Below are positions 25,680 through 39,350 of a stretch of DNA of 64,000 bases, piece after piece. The stretch comes from Gnetum montanum (taxonomy: Eukaryota; Plantae; Gnetophyta). A program made the translations under genes and the position numbers. The stretch's first letter is position 1. Each line of letters starts with the position of its first letter. The stretch spans positions 319,984 through 383,983 of the forward strand of contig MNCI01003051.1 of the NCBI GenBank assembly GCA_015680685.1. The letters are read 5' to 3'. The notes beneath the pieces were generated by a model. It did not search any database. It saw only the letters and a list, made by a program, of their open reading frames with translations, and was not told where the DNA came from.

Positions 25680-28547
25680 GTGTTCGATATACTAAGGCCT
25701 CAAGCCTATAGCACAACCTGGACAATCAACACATCGTGATTTAGGAGCCAGAGGAAAACTTCAATTTTTTCAGGCAAACTACCTTCCCATAATGTGCACC
25801 ACCTCCACACCATTGAAAACTTCCATTTTATGATTTCCTGGGGTGATTTCCCCATCATACCACTAGCAATCATGGTGGTAACATGTGCACAAATAGTCTA
25901 CTAGATGATTGAATCCGCTGGTCTGCTTGCCATTGAGTGTATTTTTCTCTCATGATCTGAACCCATTGAATGACATGAGAATTCAGCTGTGTGAGATGGT
26001 TAACCAAATTTTGGTAGGCCATCATAATTACATCCTGGAACCTTTGTGTTCCCAAACCCCTAGTTGCATAGGGTCTTGCAGTGGTTTCCAATCTCACTAG
26101 ATGTAGTTTTGACCCTCCTTTTCCCCCAAACCATATGAAATGTCTAATAATTTGGTCCACTTTTTCCACCACCCTTGTGGGAGGCGTGACAACTGTTGCC
26201 ATGAATCTAGCCATGGCCAACAACATTGAATTTGCCAATAACATTTGCCCTCTTTGAGTTAAAAATTGTACCATCCAATGTTCTACCTTTCGCTGCAATT
26301 GTTGAATAAGTGACCCCCAAGTCTCTTTACAGTTCCAAGCAAACATAAGAAGCCCTAGGTACACCTCTTGATTAGTTCTTGATACCATCCCCAGACATTG
26401 CAGAATCTACCCTCTAACTAGACAGGTTGCATGTGATAGATGCACCATGCATTTGTCCCGGTTTACCTCCAACCCAATCTCCAAGGCCATACGATCTAGC
26501 CCTATTGATGGCTTGCGCCTATAGAATCAATGCCTACAAAAGGATCATCATATCATTTGTGTAGTGCTCCATTAGGCAATCAATTCCAGCCACATTAAGT
26601 CTCTGTACCCCTTTAGCTTTGCAATACCCTTGCAATGTATCCATGGCGAGAATAAACAAGTAAGGTGACAGTGGGTCACCCTGCCTCAACCCTTGTCCAG
26701 GGGAGGAAAACCTCCACATCTGACCCCCAATATCAAAAGAATATGCTCATGAGGCCTGAATTTGGATACACAATGCAAAGAACCTTGGATCAAAGCTTTT
26801 TTGCTCCATGATATTAGCTAAGGCATCCTAGCTAACCATGTCGTAAGCTTTTTTAATGTCCAGTTTGATGCACATACCTAGGTACCCCAAACACTAAATC
26901 AAATGCATCACCTCTTGAAGAAGAATCACTTGAACCTGGATGTACCTTCCCTTAACAAATCCTGTTTGATTATTCCCAACTAGCCTTGGCATCAAAGGAG
27001 TAAGACATTGCACCAACATCTTAGTAAAAATTTGAATCAGGGTATTACACACCTTGATAGGATGAAACTGTGATAGGTCAGAAGGTTCAGCCACCTTGGG
27101 TATAAGAACAATTTTAGAATAGTTGATTTTGTGTTGGACCTGCTGCCGTTGAAGCATCCGATTGAAAGCATCTAACAGATTCAGCCCTAACACATCAATG
27201 AATTCCTTGAAAAACTCCATCGGCCATCCATCTAGTCCCGGGGCCTAATTCGATCTCATAGAAGCTAATGCCTCCTCCAACTCCTGCCACGAAAAAGGCT
27301 CCAACAACAGTTTATTCTCTGTGTCTCCTAGCAAAGGCTCCATCGGCACAGAAACAAGTGTAGTTCTCCCATACGCCCAAATCCTAGCCCAGTATTGCTA
27401 AACGACTTGAGCTACTTCCTAAGGATATGTAACCACCTTCTTGTTGAGATTCAATCTCACCTCCTTTGTAGCCCTATTCACTTTGGCAGCAACAAAGAAA
27501 AACTTTGTGTTATGATCCTCCTCTTTGAGCCAAGTAGTTCTAGCATGTTGTTTCCAATAACTCTCTTCCTTGGCATTGAGCTCTTGAAGTTCCCTCAGAA
27601 TGATCTACTCCCCTTTGTCTAGCTCTTCACCCTGCTCATGACGAGCCTGTAAGGAAGCTAACCGTGCCAGCAGAGCTATTTGCCCATCTCAAAAGGAAAA
27701 CCTCTTCTTAGCCTTAATTGACTGAAGAGCTTGTTTAAGCCAATGAAGACCCATCTTCAAGAAGTCACGGGGGTCCCTAATTGGATTATAAGTTGCCAAA
27801 ATCCCCACCACCATCAGCCTAAGCCAAGGCTTTCCCAACCAAGAGTGCTCAAACCGAAATGGAGAGGCCAATGGCTAAATCGGTCTCCCCACGTGACAAC
27901 AGAGCAATTGGTGATCTGATGCCAATCTCTCTTTCCCCACCACCCGAATCTTAGATTCTAGCACAATGTGTGTATTGACCTAAACATGGTTGATCTAAGA
28001 CAACACCTGATCTTTTCATTTATGATGATTGCTCTTGGTATACTTGCATCCGGTGATCTCCACATCAACTAAATCATGCTCCTGTAAGAATTCCAAGGAT
28101 TGTCTACTACTTGGAGGTTCCATCATATCATTACCTATTTTTTCCCAGGTGTACAAGTGTTGATTGAAGTCTCCAATCACAAGCTAGTGTCTAGTGTCAA
28201 CCTGCATAACCAGCTGCCTCAACTCTTGCAATCATTCTTCCCATCTCTGGGTCCCATAGAAATTTGTAAGCCATATGTTAGCTGCCTCAAGTTGCACCAT
28301 AATACTCCATTGCAAGGAGTCAACCAGCCTAAACAGCCGCTTTGCTAGAATGGCCAGCCAGCTTGCTTTTCCTAAACTAGGCACTATCTGTGTCTGCCAC
28401 CCATTGCAGGAAATGGGCCTCCGAAATATGCACTTTTGTCTCTTGCAAGCAAACAATGTCACACTCCTCCCGGTGCACAATATCTCGAAGGGTGTTTTGT
28501 TTATAGGGGGTACCTTGCCCTGTGCAATTCCACGAGAGAATCTTCAT
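25680..28547 (-). pseudogene. LINE ORF2 (AP endonuclease, RT, degenerate zinc finger)
   Basis: MKILSWNC, PFRFEHSW, NQTGFVKGRYI, RQGDPLSPYLF, YLGL, IRHFIW. Confidence 0.9.
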
Positions 28548-31500
28548 GGCTTACTAGCCAAGCGTTTCCTAACACTTCCTTCAAGGTCAGCTACAATCCT
28601 AGGTCGATCTCAACCTGTGTAATCTTACTACGAGCCACTAGCGATAGCGGTTGTCCAATTCAATCCGGTTCTGGTGAGACAGGGAAACCCCCACTCCTTG
28701 CCCGTTGTGCTTCTAAGATATCAATTATTTTAGGAAATGGGGAACCTTGAACGACCCCAACCTAGTCACCTAGTGGTGGTAGTCCTGCCTCCATAGTCCT
28801 TTGAGAAGGGGTAGGAGCATCCTCCCCCACCCTTCCAACTAGAGGCATCAGCTATTGCCCACTAGACCCCAAATCCATAGATGCCCCCCTTGAACTCCCA
28901 AAAGCAAGGACAAGCTCTGGTCCCCCATCTCTAGCACCCAAAATAGGCTCTTGGGCCTTAGCCTGGGCATTGGACTCACCAGTGTTGTAGACACATCTTG
29001 TAACAACGTTGCCCCGACGTTGCCTGGCACCCCAAGGAATTCACAAAGATCAAATAGATCTGGGGCGAAAGACCTGGGGAATACGCCTCAAACAAGCAAA
29101 CATCTCACAAGTGCAAGCAGAAGAGAACCAAGCAAACAAGTACACACACAACCTTGTAGGCCACATTGGTGGAAGGGGAGACAATGCACCTACAAGGGAA
29201 AGTGCCTCACCCCCAGATCCCTCACGATCTGGTCCAAGATGTGGCATGGCACCGCACCAAAACTATCCAGTCTTGGTTGCCTACATATCTACGACCGCCG
29301 TAGAATCAGGGCCATGTAGTTCTCCACGGAGAAGAGGGAANNNNNNNNNNNNNNNNNNNNNNNNNNNNNNNNNNNNNNNNNNNNNNNNNNNNNNNNNNNN
29401 NNNNNNNNNNNNNNNNNNNNNNNNNNNNNNNNNNNNNNNNNNNNNNNNNNNNNNNNNNNNNNNNNNNNNNNNNNNNNNNNNNNNNNNNNNNNNNNNNNNN
29501 NNNNNNNNNNNNNNNNNNNNNNNNNNNNNNNNNNNNNNNNNNNNNNNNNNNNNNNNNNNNNNNNNNNNNNNNNNNNNNNNNNNNNNNNNNNNNNNNNNNN
29601 NNNNNNNNNNNNNNNNNNNNNNNNNNNNNNNNNNNNNNNNNNNNNNNNNNNNNNNNNNNNNNNNNNNNNNNNNNNNNNNNNNNNNNNNNNNNNNNNNNNN
29701 NNNNNNNNNNNNNNNNNNNNNNNNNNNNNNNNNNNNNNNNNNNNNNNNNNNNNNNNNNNNNNNNNNNNNNNNNNNNNNNNNNNNNNNNNNNNNNNNNNNN
29801 NNNNNNNNNNNNNNNNNNACACATCTCCTTGCTTTACCACTTTGCCCCTTCTCCTAGCCAGGGTTTGCTCAATCTGAGTCTTGTGAGATGGAACCTTTGG
29901 GGAGACCCTACAATCTGTCGTTGAGTGACTCTTTCCATAGATCAGACAACCACTAGACAAAGTCCCACTAGTCATTGGCTTATCTATTAGCAAATTCTCA
30001 TATTCAATCCGTATCTTTTGATCTCCCGAGGGCATAGCTAAAATCACCTCATTAACCTTGTTCTTGAGTCCCAGTGACCTCCACACACAAAAATGGGCAT
30101 AGCCCATCCGGTCCATAGATGCAATGTACTTGTCGAACTTGATGAATTCCCCAAAAAAACCCAGCCAATGTTTTTAGGAAATCCAACACCCAGAACTCCA
30201 GGGGGAGGTCCAAAGCCCTAATTCAAATGGACGCCTAAGCAAAGAGTTCAATGTCCCGATGGGCCTTGGGCCACTAGGGTGCAAGTGCCAATCCACAGGC
30301 CCCATAAAATCAAGGGCCCTTGAAAAGGGCCCTCTCTTTGTCTTTTTCTGACTAGAAAACAAACAAAAGCTTGGCATTTGCCAGATTGTCGGCCTGCACA
30401 TTCTCCAAACCCTAGCTCGTGCTAGCCCATTGTCGTATAAGATCCATTCGGGAGTGTGCGCCTTCAGAAACAAACTTGCCAATAAGGCTAAGTTCCAAGG
30501 TACACATATCCCCATCAGGTGGTTGGCCAATTTGCAACCGCATAGTCCCTCCCTCCTTGGAGTGCCAACCAGGGCCACCAGGCAACAATGCTTCCATGCC
30601 CATTGAACCGCCTAGGCCACTTTTTCCTTGAGCATTCATGAAAGAGTTGCCCTCTACTGTAGCCCCATCAGACCCCAGCCCACCACTCCCTCCACAGCTT
30701 GATGTCCAGCTGGCCTTGCTGTCCTCAAGGACCACTCCACTCTCGTCTGCGCTCCCCATGCCCCCTCCTATATTCCCTGTGCTCCTGCCCATAAGTGCAC
30801 CCTACTGCTTTCAAGAGTCGATGTATTGAATGTTAATGCAAAGCTTAATAAGTCTTTTCAATGTGTGACACTTTCTTTCATGACGATCTGAATTTTTTTG
30901 GTTTGGTAGGTTTTGTTTTTTCTTCCTTTTCTCTTGAACAAGTGAAAATATAATTTTACCAATACTAAAATGTTGGGAGTTCAACCAGAAGAGTTTTTCA
31001 GACTTTAGAGATCAACCACGTTGAAGTGGTTTATTACATACTTGTTTAATCTAACAAAAGCTATAAAAAATTAAAAATTTCACCCTCATAGTACGAGCTT
31101 ATTCTCAATCTCCATTTACAACTTCTTAATTTTATTGCTCTTTGTTGGACTGTGTAAATATGACAAAATCATAATAATTATTTTCCATAATTTTTAGTCA
31201 CTAGATACACCGACTTTCTGATTATAGCCACTGTTTCAACAACTTGATTCCTGGGTATTCTTGCTTTAAAATTGGTTAAAGATTACAGGGCGTTTTGGCA
31301 AGGGTTCACCAACATCAATATTTCTCTCTGGAAGTTTCCGGAGATTTTATCTTAACTATTTCTAGAATCTGCAGTACTTGATCTTTCCGGAATCCAGGAG
31401 CTCCCACTATTTGGTATCTCATACATCCAACTGCATAAGTATCTATTATCTTTACTTCTATGACTTGTAGAATTTGCTTCCAGGATCTTGTACTTATTTG

Positions 31501-34500
31501 TAGGATCTTAGATGCTCAAGTTCTTTTGGTTACTACATCTTTGCCATACATCTTATAAACATTTAATCATCTTCTGATTTGCATCTTTTATACCACAATC
31601 TGAGAGTTATTGCATGACTTAGCAATCATTGCGATATTTACTAAAAAATTTTGGTAGCAAACTTTGAGATTGAACTTTTATTAAGTTTACACCACATTCT
31701 AATAATTTCAAAGATCCAGTTACTCGAATGCAATGCTATAAGTTAGCATTCTCCTTCCAACTTTCTACTACCAACAATTCTCTGTGGGCTGCTTTCAATT
31801 ACGTCAATAATTCGATGATTTTTTTGTATGTTTCAAGAGTCTCAGGGACATATGCACATGGGGATGTTGGGACATGTACGTGAAGGTTCTTTGGGGACAT
31901 GTTGACACATCAGGAATGCAAAGCCTCAAAATAGAATAGAAAAGTCTTGTCCTTGGCACCAAATAAGCTTTATGTACTCTATCTAAACCTATTCTAAGAA
32001 TGGAGATGTTTAAATGGATTGGCTAACATGCCATTCACAAGATTATCTAGCAATTGTTGTAAGTTCTTCTATGTTGCCGAGTCATTCTTAATATTTGCAG
32101 CTTAATTACATTGAAAGCATATGAAGAATTTTCTTGCATAGTTTATGACTGGCATGTAGGACAGAGTTAACATGAAACATGTAAAATAGGTCTTTCCATG
32201 TTCTTGGCATGCAAACTCTATTTCTATAATTGACCATGCAAAGAAAAACAGTATGCAGATCACAGAGCAGGAATCGATGGAGTCACAGGACACAGCCATG
32301 GTGAATGAACATTGTGGTTCTGATCAAGATGGCTGGGTTGAAAACTTATCAGCTCATCTGCATATTGAGATTTCTATGGCCAATCATTATCTGTGATTTG
32401 TCCCTGAGATGTAGAATAGCCGTTCTTGGCATTTGGGAAATGTTCCTAGAATATCCTGGGATCTGAGGACATGGTTGGAATTGATCACATCTCTGATGTA
32501 TCCTGGCACATTTGAGGATGTTGACCTGTTATGGGAATGTCCCAAAAGTGCAGTTTTTTGGAGGGATGCATTCACAGCATAACATTGATTGTTTTCCATC
32601 CGAATTTTATGATTACATACTAGCAATACAATTTAAATTTTATTTATACATCATTTTTAACCAATTCTTGTCCAAGCTGCCTAACTCTGAAAAATTGGAC
32701 AGTAATGTTGATCGATGGCTGTTTGAACTTTATTTTAGGTATGAGCAACTAAAGCATAATGGGTAAAGATGTTATTACTATCCTCCCATATATGATTACA
32801 AAATAAATGTTATAGTTTGGTTTTACACTTCACAGGAAACTCTAATTTACTAGGATCATATTAAAGAATTTACACAAGTGTTAATTGAATACAACTTGAT
32901 TGGGTTGAACATCTATTGTGAATAATCCTATTGGCAAATGTTCCATGGTTAGGAATCTTTGCACTGGACTTACTCATCTGACTGGGTTCCTTTGAAGATC
33001 AACGTGGTCTGCACTCACCAGCTTGTCAGGACTTCAGCCTTACAGTCATTTGTGAATTCTTGTTGTTGGATTTGTAATTTGTGAGTTAATTTTACAACTA
33101 GTACTTCTTGTGAACATTGATTATACTGTCAGTTATCCCATATCCTTGCCTTAATAGTCTGATGTTTCACAAATCATGGTTAACGTTTTTCGTTGAGTCT
33201 TTTTTTTTTTTATGGATCCATACTTCCTGACTTGGTTCTTTGGATGCACACATCAAATCCTTTTCAAACCTTTATGACTGAATATATCACAATCCTTGTC
33301 TCTTGATGACCATTCATGAAACACTATTAAGAATAGTATTAAGAATAGGAGTATAACAGGGATTTATTTGAGAATTAGAGATGTAAATAATAAGCATCTG
33401 CTAGTCATTGTCCATTTCCCTCTGACTAGAAAGATTTCTCTCTCTTGCTTTCCAAAAAATACATTAACTTTAGATACTTGATCTACCTTTTTTCAGCAAA
33501 TAGGTTTGCTATGTTTTTGGCCTGCATGTAATGTGTTATATGCCTCTAATATCTTGTATGATTTTTCAGATTCATGTAACCAAACCTCACTATGATGCGA
33601 TTTTTTAAAATGATCTTTCATCCATGTAAATACTTTTTCAAATTCTTTCGATATCGTTGATGCGGTATGTGGTCTTTATAAATTTATGTAACTACGTTAT
33701 CTTCATCGCTTTGACCCCTAATATATCTTCATTGATAGTCCTCAATTTTAACTTTCCAAATGTGCTTTGCCATTAGAGAAATTCTTTCTTCAATTTTGTA
33801 ACCTTTTAACTAACTACATGGATGTTCGTAAGATCGATATCAAATATATTAGTAGATTGAAGACAACGTAGAATTAATTGGAATACCAATTTTTGGGTTA
33901 CATCTCCAAAACTCTAGATCATAATTCTCTTCCTTTCCTTTCAAGAAACAATGGTATAAGAAAGTATTTTCTTGAAAAGAAACAGCATAATATTTGAAAA
34001 AGTAGCAGTAAGTCTTGTTTTTTTTTAAAAAAATCCTTGACCTTTGACATATTAAAAGGAAATAAAGTTTGAAGGGCTCTTGCGTTCAGACTCTTTCTGG
34101 CTTTGACAAGCTTTGCCATTACATTTGGCTGGAATTGCTCTGTACGTCTACTTTCAGTTAAATAATTTTTAAAAATCATTGTGTATGCTATAAGACTCTG
34201 TGGAATAGGGTTCTTTTGTAGCAGTGGAAGACAGCAATGTTGCGCACACGATTTTGGTGGAGAAATGACCTTCAACGCATACCATCTTTGATAGATCCCT
34301 TCAACAACACCTTAGTAATGACAGGCTTGATGGGTTTTTAATTTACTACACTATTTTGGTTTTGCAAGCTTGTTTTCAGCCGACATGGTTTATATTTCAT
34401 GGATTACGATTTCTTTGATTTTGGGTTTTCATTGATTTTTCCAAGAAGAGAAACCCTGGTTACATAGTAGCGGGGTACATCGGCAAACATTTTTTTTTGT

Positions 34501-35060
34501 AAATTCAAGGTTAGTTTCATTGAATTGCTTCATTTTTTCCCGATTATCTATCCACTCTTCAAGATTTCGGATGCATCTTTCCTTAGTTTCCAAGAAGATA
34601 AATTAATCGTTAACAAGATGCATGTAAAATTAAAGAGGCCATAAGATGGTGCAGGTTCATATTGAAATTTATCTAATAGGCCATAAAAAAACTCCATGAA
34701 GCATGATCATATGCTTTGCTTAAATCATGTTTTAGTCCAAGAAAACATTTATTTTTGTTTATCTAGATTTCTGCAAACTCAAAAATTCTTCTGGCACAAA
34801 CTAAAATCTTACGAGTTCAAAAAATAATTTGGGATGCAGTGTTTATTTGGGTAGGTTAATGGATTGGTGTTTTCCTAGCTAAGAGGAATGGTTAACCTTC
34901 TGGATCAACTAACTTATAACGTATACTTGAAAGATATGGCTGTGCATCTGTAAAATGGACCAAAGATATTATCAAATTTTTTATGTTTTGATGTCATGTT
35001 TTGCTGTTATAAATCTGGCAATGCTTTTGGGATAGCACCATGAATTAGTTTCCTTTTCAG

Positions 35061-35150
35061 GAGGACTTGGAATATTGTCGTCAACATGCGCTTCAAGCAA
35101 AAAGGCTCATGAACGAAAATGCTGGTGTTAGTGAAGTTGCAGACATTCAG
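35061..35150 (+). CDS. TIC22: TIC22 exon 6 (EDLEYCRQHALQAKRLMNENAGVSEVADIQ)
   Basis: ttttcag| ... cag|gtac, 90 nt; completes FFSK-EDLE. Confidence 0.9.
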
Positions 35151-35271
35151 GTACAACTAGCCTATGAACTTGCAAAGAAACTTGGTAGTTGGAAGTGTGT
35201 TATTTTTGAATGTATTGCTTGAAATGCTGTCAGACAAGATTTCATCATCATTTTTTTGTTTGTACCTGTAG

Positions 35272-35307
35272 GTTGGTAGTTTTGAAGATATTATCTGCAA
35301 AATGGAG
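35272..35307 (+). CDS. TIC22: TIC22 exon 7 (VGSFEDIICKME)
   Basis: ctgtag| ... gag|gtacg, 36 nt. Confidence 0.9.
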
Positions 35308-35446
35308 GTACGTTCATAACATTGTGATAGGATCTTTATTTTCATTAGTTTATGTACATTCATACCATTGCGATGTCATCTTTATTTTCATGGTTTATGT
35401 GTATTGGAAAATGTTCACTAAGTTTTAGAAAACATTCTCAAAACAG

Positions 35447-35539
35447 AAAAGTGGAAGTAGTTCTGGATGGAAGGATCTTGTTTTTGTTCCCCCAGGCTTT
35501 GGTTCTTCAAATCTTTTGGGACCGAAAGATCAAAGGTAG
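35447..35539 (+). CDS. TIC22: TIC22 exon 8 (KSGSSSGWKDLVFVPPGFGSSNLLGPKDQR*)
   Basis: aaacag| acceptor, with an in-frame alternative start at 35429; GW.D..F.PPG motif; TAG 35537-35539. Confidence 0.85.
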   Translation, partial: KSGSSSGWKDLVFVPPGFGSSNLLGPKDQR

Positions 35540-36285
35540 TTTCGGAAGCGAAAGGGCTTTAATTATACAAGAGGGCAAGGAATGCCATGCTTGTAAGATA
35601 TCTTTGTTGAGTAAATTGTCTATGATGTTGCTGTAAGGGTCAGGGCATAATATGCTTTGGTCATGTGTATGGAAGCTAGTTGAAAGCTTTTTTTTGGCTT
35701 GGAGTTGGCCATTTTTCTACAATGTGAATCTCAATTTTTTGTTGATTTATACATCTTTGTTTTCTAGAACGGTTACAGTAGTTTCAAAATAACAGCAATG
35801 TAACTTGATAGTGTTCTCTTAAAATTGTTGGAAATTATCCTCTTTAAAAGAAACCCAAAACAATACTAGTAAAATTTGATAGTGTTCTCTTAAAACTTTA
35901 AAAGAAACCTAAAATAGTATTGGTAAAATTTGCGACGGTGTCATTTGTGTTTTTAGATGTCTATACTTTTTTAATGATTGCAAACTTTTAGGGCTAGGGT
36001 CTAGCTGAGCAATGGCTTAGTAGAGTCATATGTTTAGAGGGTATATATAGTCATCTAGTTTTAATTCGAATTTTTCTACAGTGGATTTGATGTTTCTTCA
36101 GCACATCTAATTTCTCTAAAATTTTCATATGGAGGATTCTAAATTGCTCTCAACTTCTTTTGTGGATGGTGGAAAGAAATTTTTGTTGAATCTCATAATG
36201 TAGATTTACTAGTTGGCATTGTAAATTTGTGATGCGTTCCTCTAGTGATGTTGATGCAAATAAGATGTCTGATTTTGTTCTTTCT

Positions 36286-36498
36286 AATGATGTGTATGAC
36301 TTATTGATTGCTGATCTTACATCACCATACATGTTAATTCAAATTTTGGGTTACCAACCTTTTAATTGAAGCTTCACTTCGTAGAAGAATGATGTGTATG
36401 ACTTATTGATTGTTGATCTTACATCACCATACATGTTAATTCAAATTTTGGGTTACCAACCTTTTAATTGAAGCTTCACTTCGTAGATGAATGATGTG
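36286..36498. repeat. Tandem duplication, period 102 bp
   Basis: aatgatgtg... starts at 36286, 36388 and partially at 36490. Confidence 0.85.
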
Positions 36499-36982
36499 AC
36501 GTAAAAACATGTTAGAGAATAATTCATACATTGTCTTTAACTCATAACAATTTGAAAGAGTTAAGTTTTGACTTTGTAAAAATCTTAAGTGGATTAGAAG
36601 TTTATTAAGTTGTTTCGTAAATCAAAGTTTGTTTGTAATCAAGTTGATTTAAGTGGTGAAAGATATATTGGTTTATGAAATACAATTTGTAAGACTTGTA
36701 TTCTTATGAATTCGTAAGAATACATGTTAAGTAATGTTAGTTTGTGTTACAATTGCGACTCTTCATCAAGTTCAAGTTTGTCTAGTGTCAAGTTGTAAGT
36801 ATGTAATGTGAAAAAAAAAGAAGTGTAAGTAATGGGTAAGTAGCAACCTCTTTCAAGCAAAAGGTTTGAAGAATTAGTTTCAGTATACATTATCCAAAGA
36901 TTCTCAAGCTAAAGATTATAGTTTCAATACATTGAATATGTTGAATCATCAATAATTATACAACATTTTTTCCTTTTACCTT

Positions 36983-37807
36983 TGATGAATTGCGGTTTGC
37001 TAGGCCTTGATATTGGGTACATGATATCGCGATATCGCAATTTAGATACGATATTGTTTATACGATATCATGATTCCTATGTCAGCTTATAAATATAACA
37101 TTCAAGCCCACAGGGAAGGAGGAATCGATAAGTCTTTAGGATCAAGTTTTTTTATCAGTTTTTAGTTAGTTTTCAGTTCTTTTTCTAAGTGCATGCTTAT
37201 AGTGTGATATTTGTAATTGTATGGAACCTTTGTTTGAGTGTGATGTACTTGGACACGTACACAATTGACAATAAAGATCGAGATTACTCCATCGTTGCAG
37301 CATTCACTTAGTTTCTAATTGTTTAATTGTTGATTATTATTTATTGTTTTCTTAGTTAATATTTCTTTATTGTCATTTACTATTTCTGTTGATAATGTGG
37401 AATGGGTAGATCTTAATCACGAGCATTAAAGTGTAACTACGTGGTAACCCAGTAGTGTATCCATTAGTGCTTCAAGTGATGTGTGCTTGGTAATCCTAGA
37501 AGTAGTACATGAAGTCCAAGATGCGTACAAATGATTAAAGACAGATGCTCATCGCACTTATCTTACTTCATATTGCTTATTAGCTTAATTAAGATTATTT
37601 CTCATTGTCTTTAGGAGTAGCATAGTGTTAGGAATCATATCATACACCTCACTTTGGAGTAAACCATACGTGACAAAGCAAATACTAGTCTAGGTGGGAA
37701 GACAACGAACTACAATCAATGTATCACTATCTAGGTGCTACAACTAATTCGTTTGCGGAGTTCGACTAGATCGCGTGTACATGCTCATATTCGTATAGTG
37801 TTCATCG
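36983..37807 (+). repeat. 5' LTR of element C
   Basis: TGATGA start; collinear with the 3' LTR, with a small deletion near the U5 end. Confidence 0.92.
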
Positions 37808-37808
37808 T

Positions 37809-37826
37809 TGGCGTTGTTGCCAAGGA
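37809..37826 (+). promoter_or_regulatory. Primer-binding site, Athila-type (TGGCGCCGTTGCCGGGGA-like)
   Basis: tggcgttgttgccaagga immediately after the LTR; differs from the consensus only by transitions. Confidence 0.75.
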
Positions 37827-38093
37827 CGGTGCTAGTTATCTAGATTAGTTATATCATACAAGATCGCTGTAACAAAGTATTAACAATATATTTTTTAGAA
37901 AAGACATTAATTTTAATTAAGTCACACACAACCCACAACAATGTCTCTCTCATAAAACAACGATAACACAACAACTAGTGAGGCCATTCATTGGAGAACC
38001 AACGAAATTTATGATGAAGAAGAAGTTTGAAGTACGCAATCTTATGCAAGAGTTTCATATGTTCATGGACACCCCAAAGATACTCAAGGACTC

Positions 38094-39350
38094 TTGTCAT
38101 CCATCTCAAGCACCTCTAGTGAGGATGGGACATCCCATAGAATGAGGGGGTCCGTAAGGCCTAGGACCTTCTCAATGGTTAGGAAGAATACATTAGGAGA
38201 TGATTGGGAGACTTACAAAAGTTATGACAAGTCTTCCAGTTCTCTCTCTTCCTTTGCTCTTTCAATGTCAGGTTGTGACATGGATGAGTATTTCTCAAGG
38301 GGTTGGTGTAGAAATAAAAATCGAACCCACAGGCAAAATCAGGAACGCCAACATGAACAAAGACAACATCATCCCAACTCACAAACTCACAACCTACTTA
38401 GTGATGATGAACTTTTGTTGGCCAATAAGAGCCTAATGCATGTAATAGAGGTTGTTCAAATATCCCACAGGCATCGTAAGGAAAGCTATCTACCCAGGCT
38501 TAATTTAAACAACTTTCCCAAGTTTTTAGGAGGCTATGATTTAGATATGCAACATCATTTACAAGCCTTCTACGACGCCTGTGCATGGAACAATATTGAT
38601 AATGGGTGACAAAGACTTAAGCTTTTTCCTATGACACTTGTTGGCCAAGCAAAAGTATGGTACAGGTCTTTCAAGCTGAAATCAATTGGCCATTGGCCGA
38701 CAATGGTAGAACTCTTTAATGAAAGATATCAAACCTGTGCAAGAGTGTCAACCTTGAGGAGACAAATCCAAGAGTGGAAACAAGGGCAACATGAACCCTT
38801 GGACGTGGCCTTAGAAAGATATTACTCACTGTTAAACAACTACCCAAGCCATGGGTTCTTTGAGGAAAGGCTAATGTATCACATCATGGATAGGCTCCAT
38901 AATGAAACAAGGGAGACCCTAGGGATGTATGGCCTAGGTCAATTGTATGAACTATGAACCCACAAATTATAAGAGCTTATTAAGAAGGTAGCAAAAGAAG
39001 AAGGAGAGATAGCCAAATGGGAGAATGTTGAAAGATCACAACAGTACCAAACTCTTAAAGTAACGAAGGTCCATAATCATGAGGAGGAGAAATCAACTCA
39101 CCGTTAGGAGGTGGAACCATCTCCATCTTTACCAATACTAAAATCACTAGATGAAATTGAGGCAAAGATTAATAAGATGATGAAATGGGTACATGAAAAA
39201 TGTAGAGAATATGCAAATATTATCGGAGGTAAAACTACACACGATCACTTTGACACCCAGAATAAATAGAGGATGCCAAACTAAGAAATAGGACAAAACA
39301 CCATTCGATAACCGGAAAGAAGGGCTAAAGGAAATAAGGATAGGGGCCCA
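38094..39350 (+). pseudogene. Athila-type gag, degenerate
   Basis: FPKFLG..HLQAF; LKLFPMTLVGQAKVWY..W..MVELF..LRRQIQEWKQGQHEPL..ALERY..LL..YPSHGF. Confidence 0.88.

Larger units (their letters stand above)
23541..30860 (-). mobile_element. Full-length, degenerate L1-clade LINE in TIC22 intron 5, with an extra 3' ORF
   Basis: Poly(A) at 23541-23550; TSD atgtgtgacac at 23530-23540 and 30861-30871; ORF1 from about 30792; ORF2 from MKILSWNCTG at 28547; RT GLRQGDPLSPYLF. Confidence 0.92.
14327..35539 (+). other. TIC22: Gene span: TIC22-family chloroplast intermembrane-space import protein, 8 coding exons, about 311 aa
   Basis: Spliced product contains PVYTVSN, SLGLFFFRKKDA, VPLDKVYEL..GITFRFLPDP.QVK.AL, FPGVPVFQ, PVFFSKEDLE, IQVGSFEDII.KME and GWKDLVFVPPG, all Tic22 motifs. 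Confidence 0.93.

Noticed and set aside
31300-33100. Coding-looking patches and splice-like signals in TIC22 intron 5 (possible nested gene)
   Set aside because: No coherent exon chain or recognisable protein; EDVDLLWECPKSAVFW at about 32515 looks like an old LINE zinc-finger remnant
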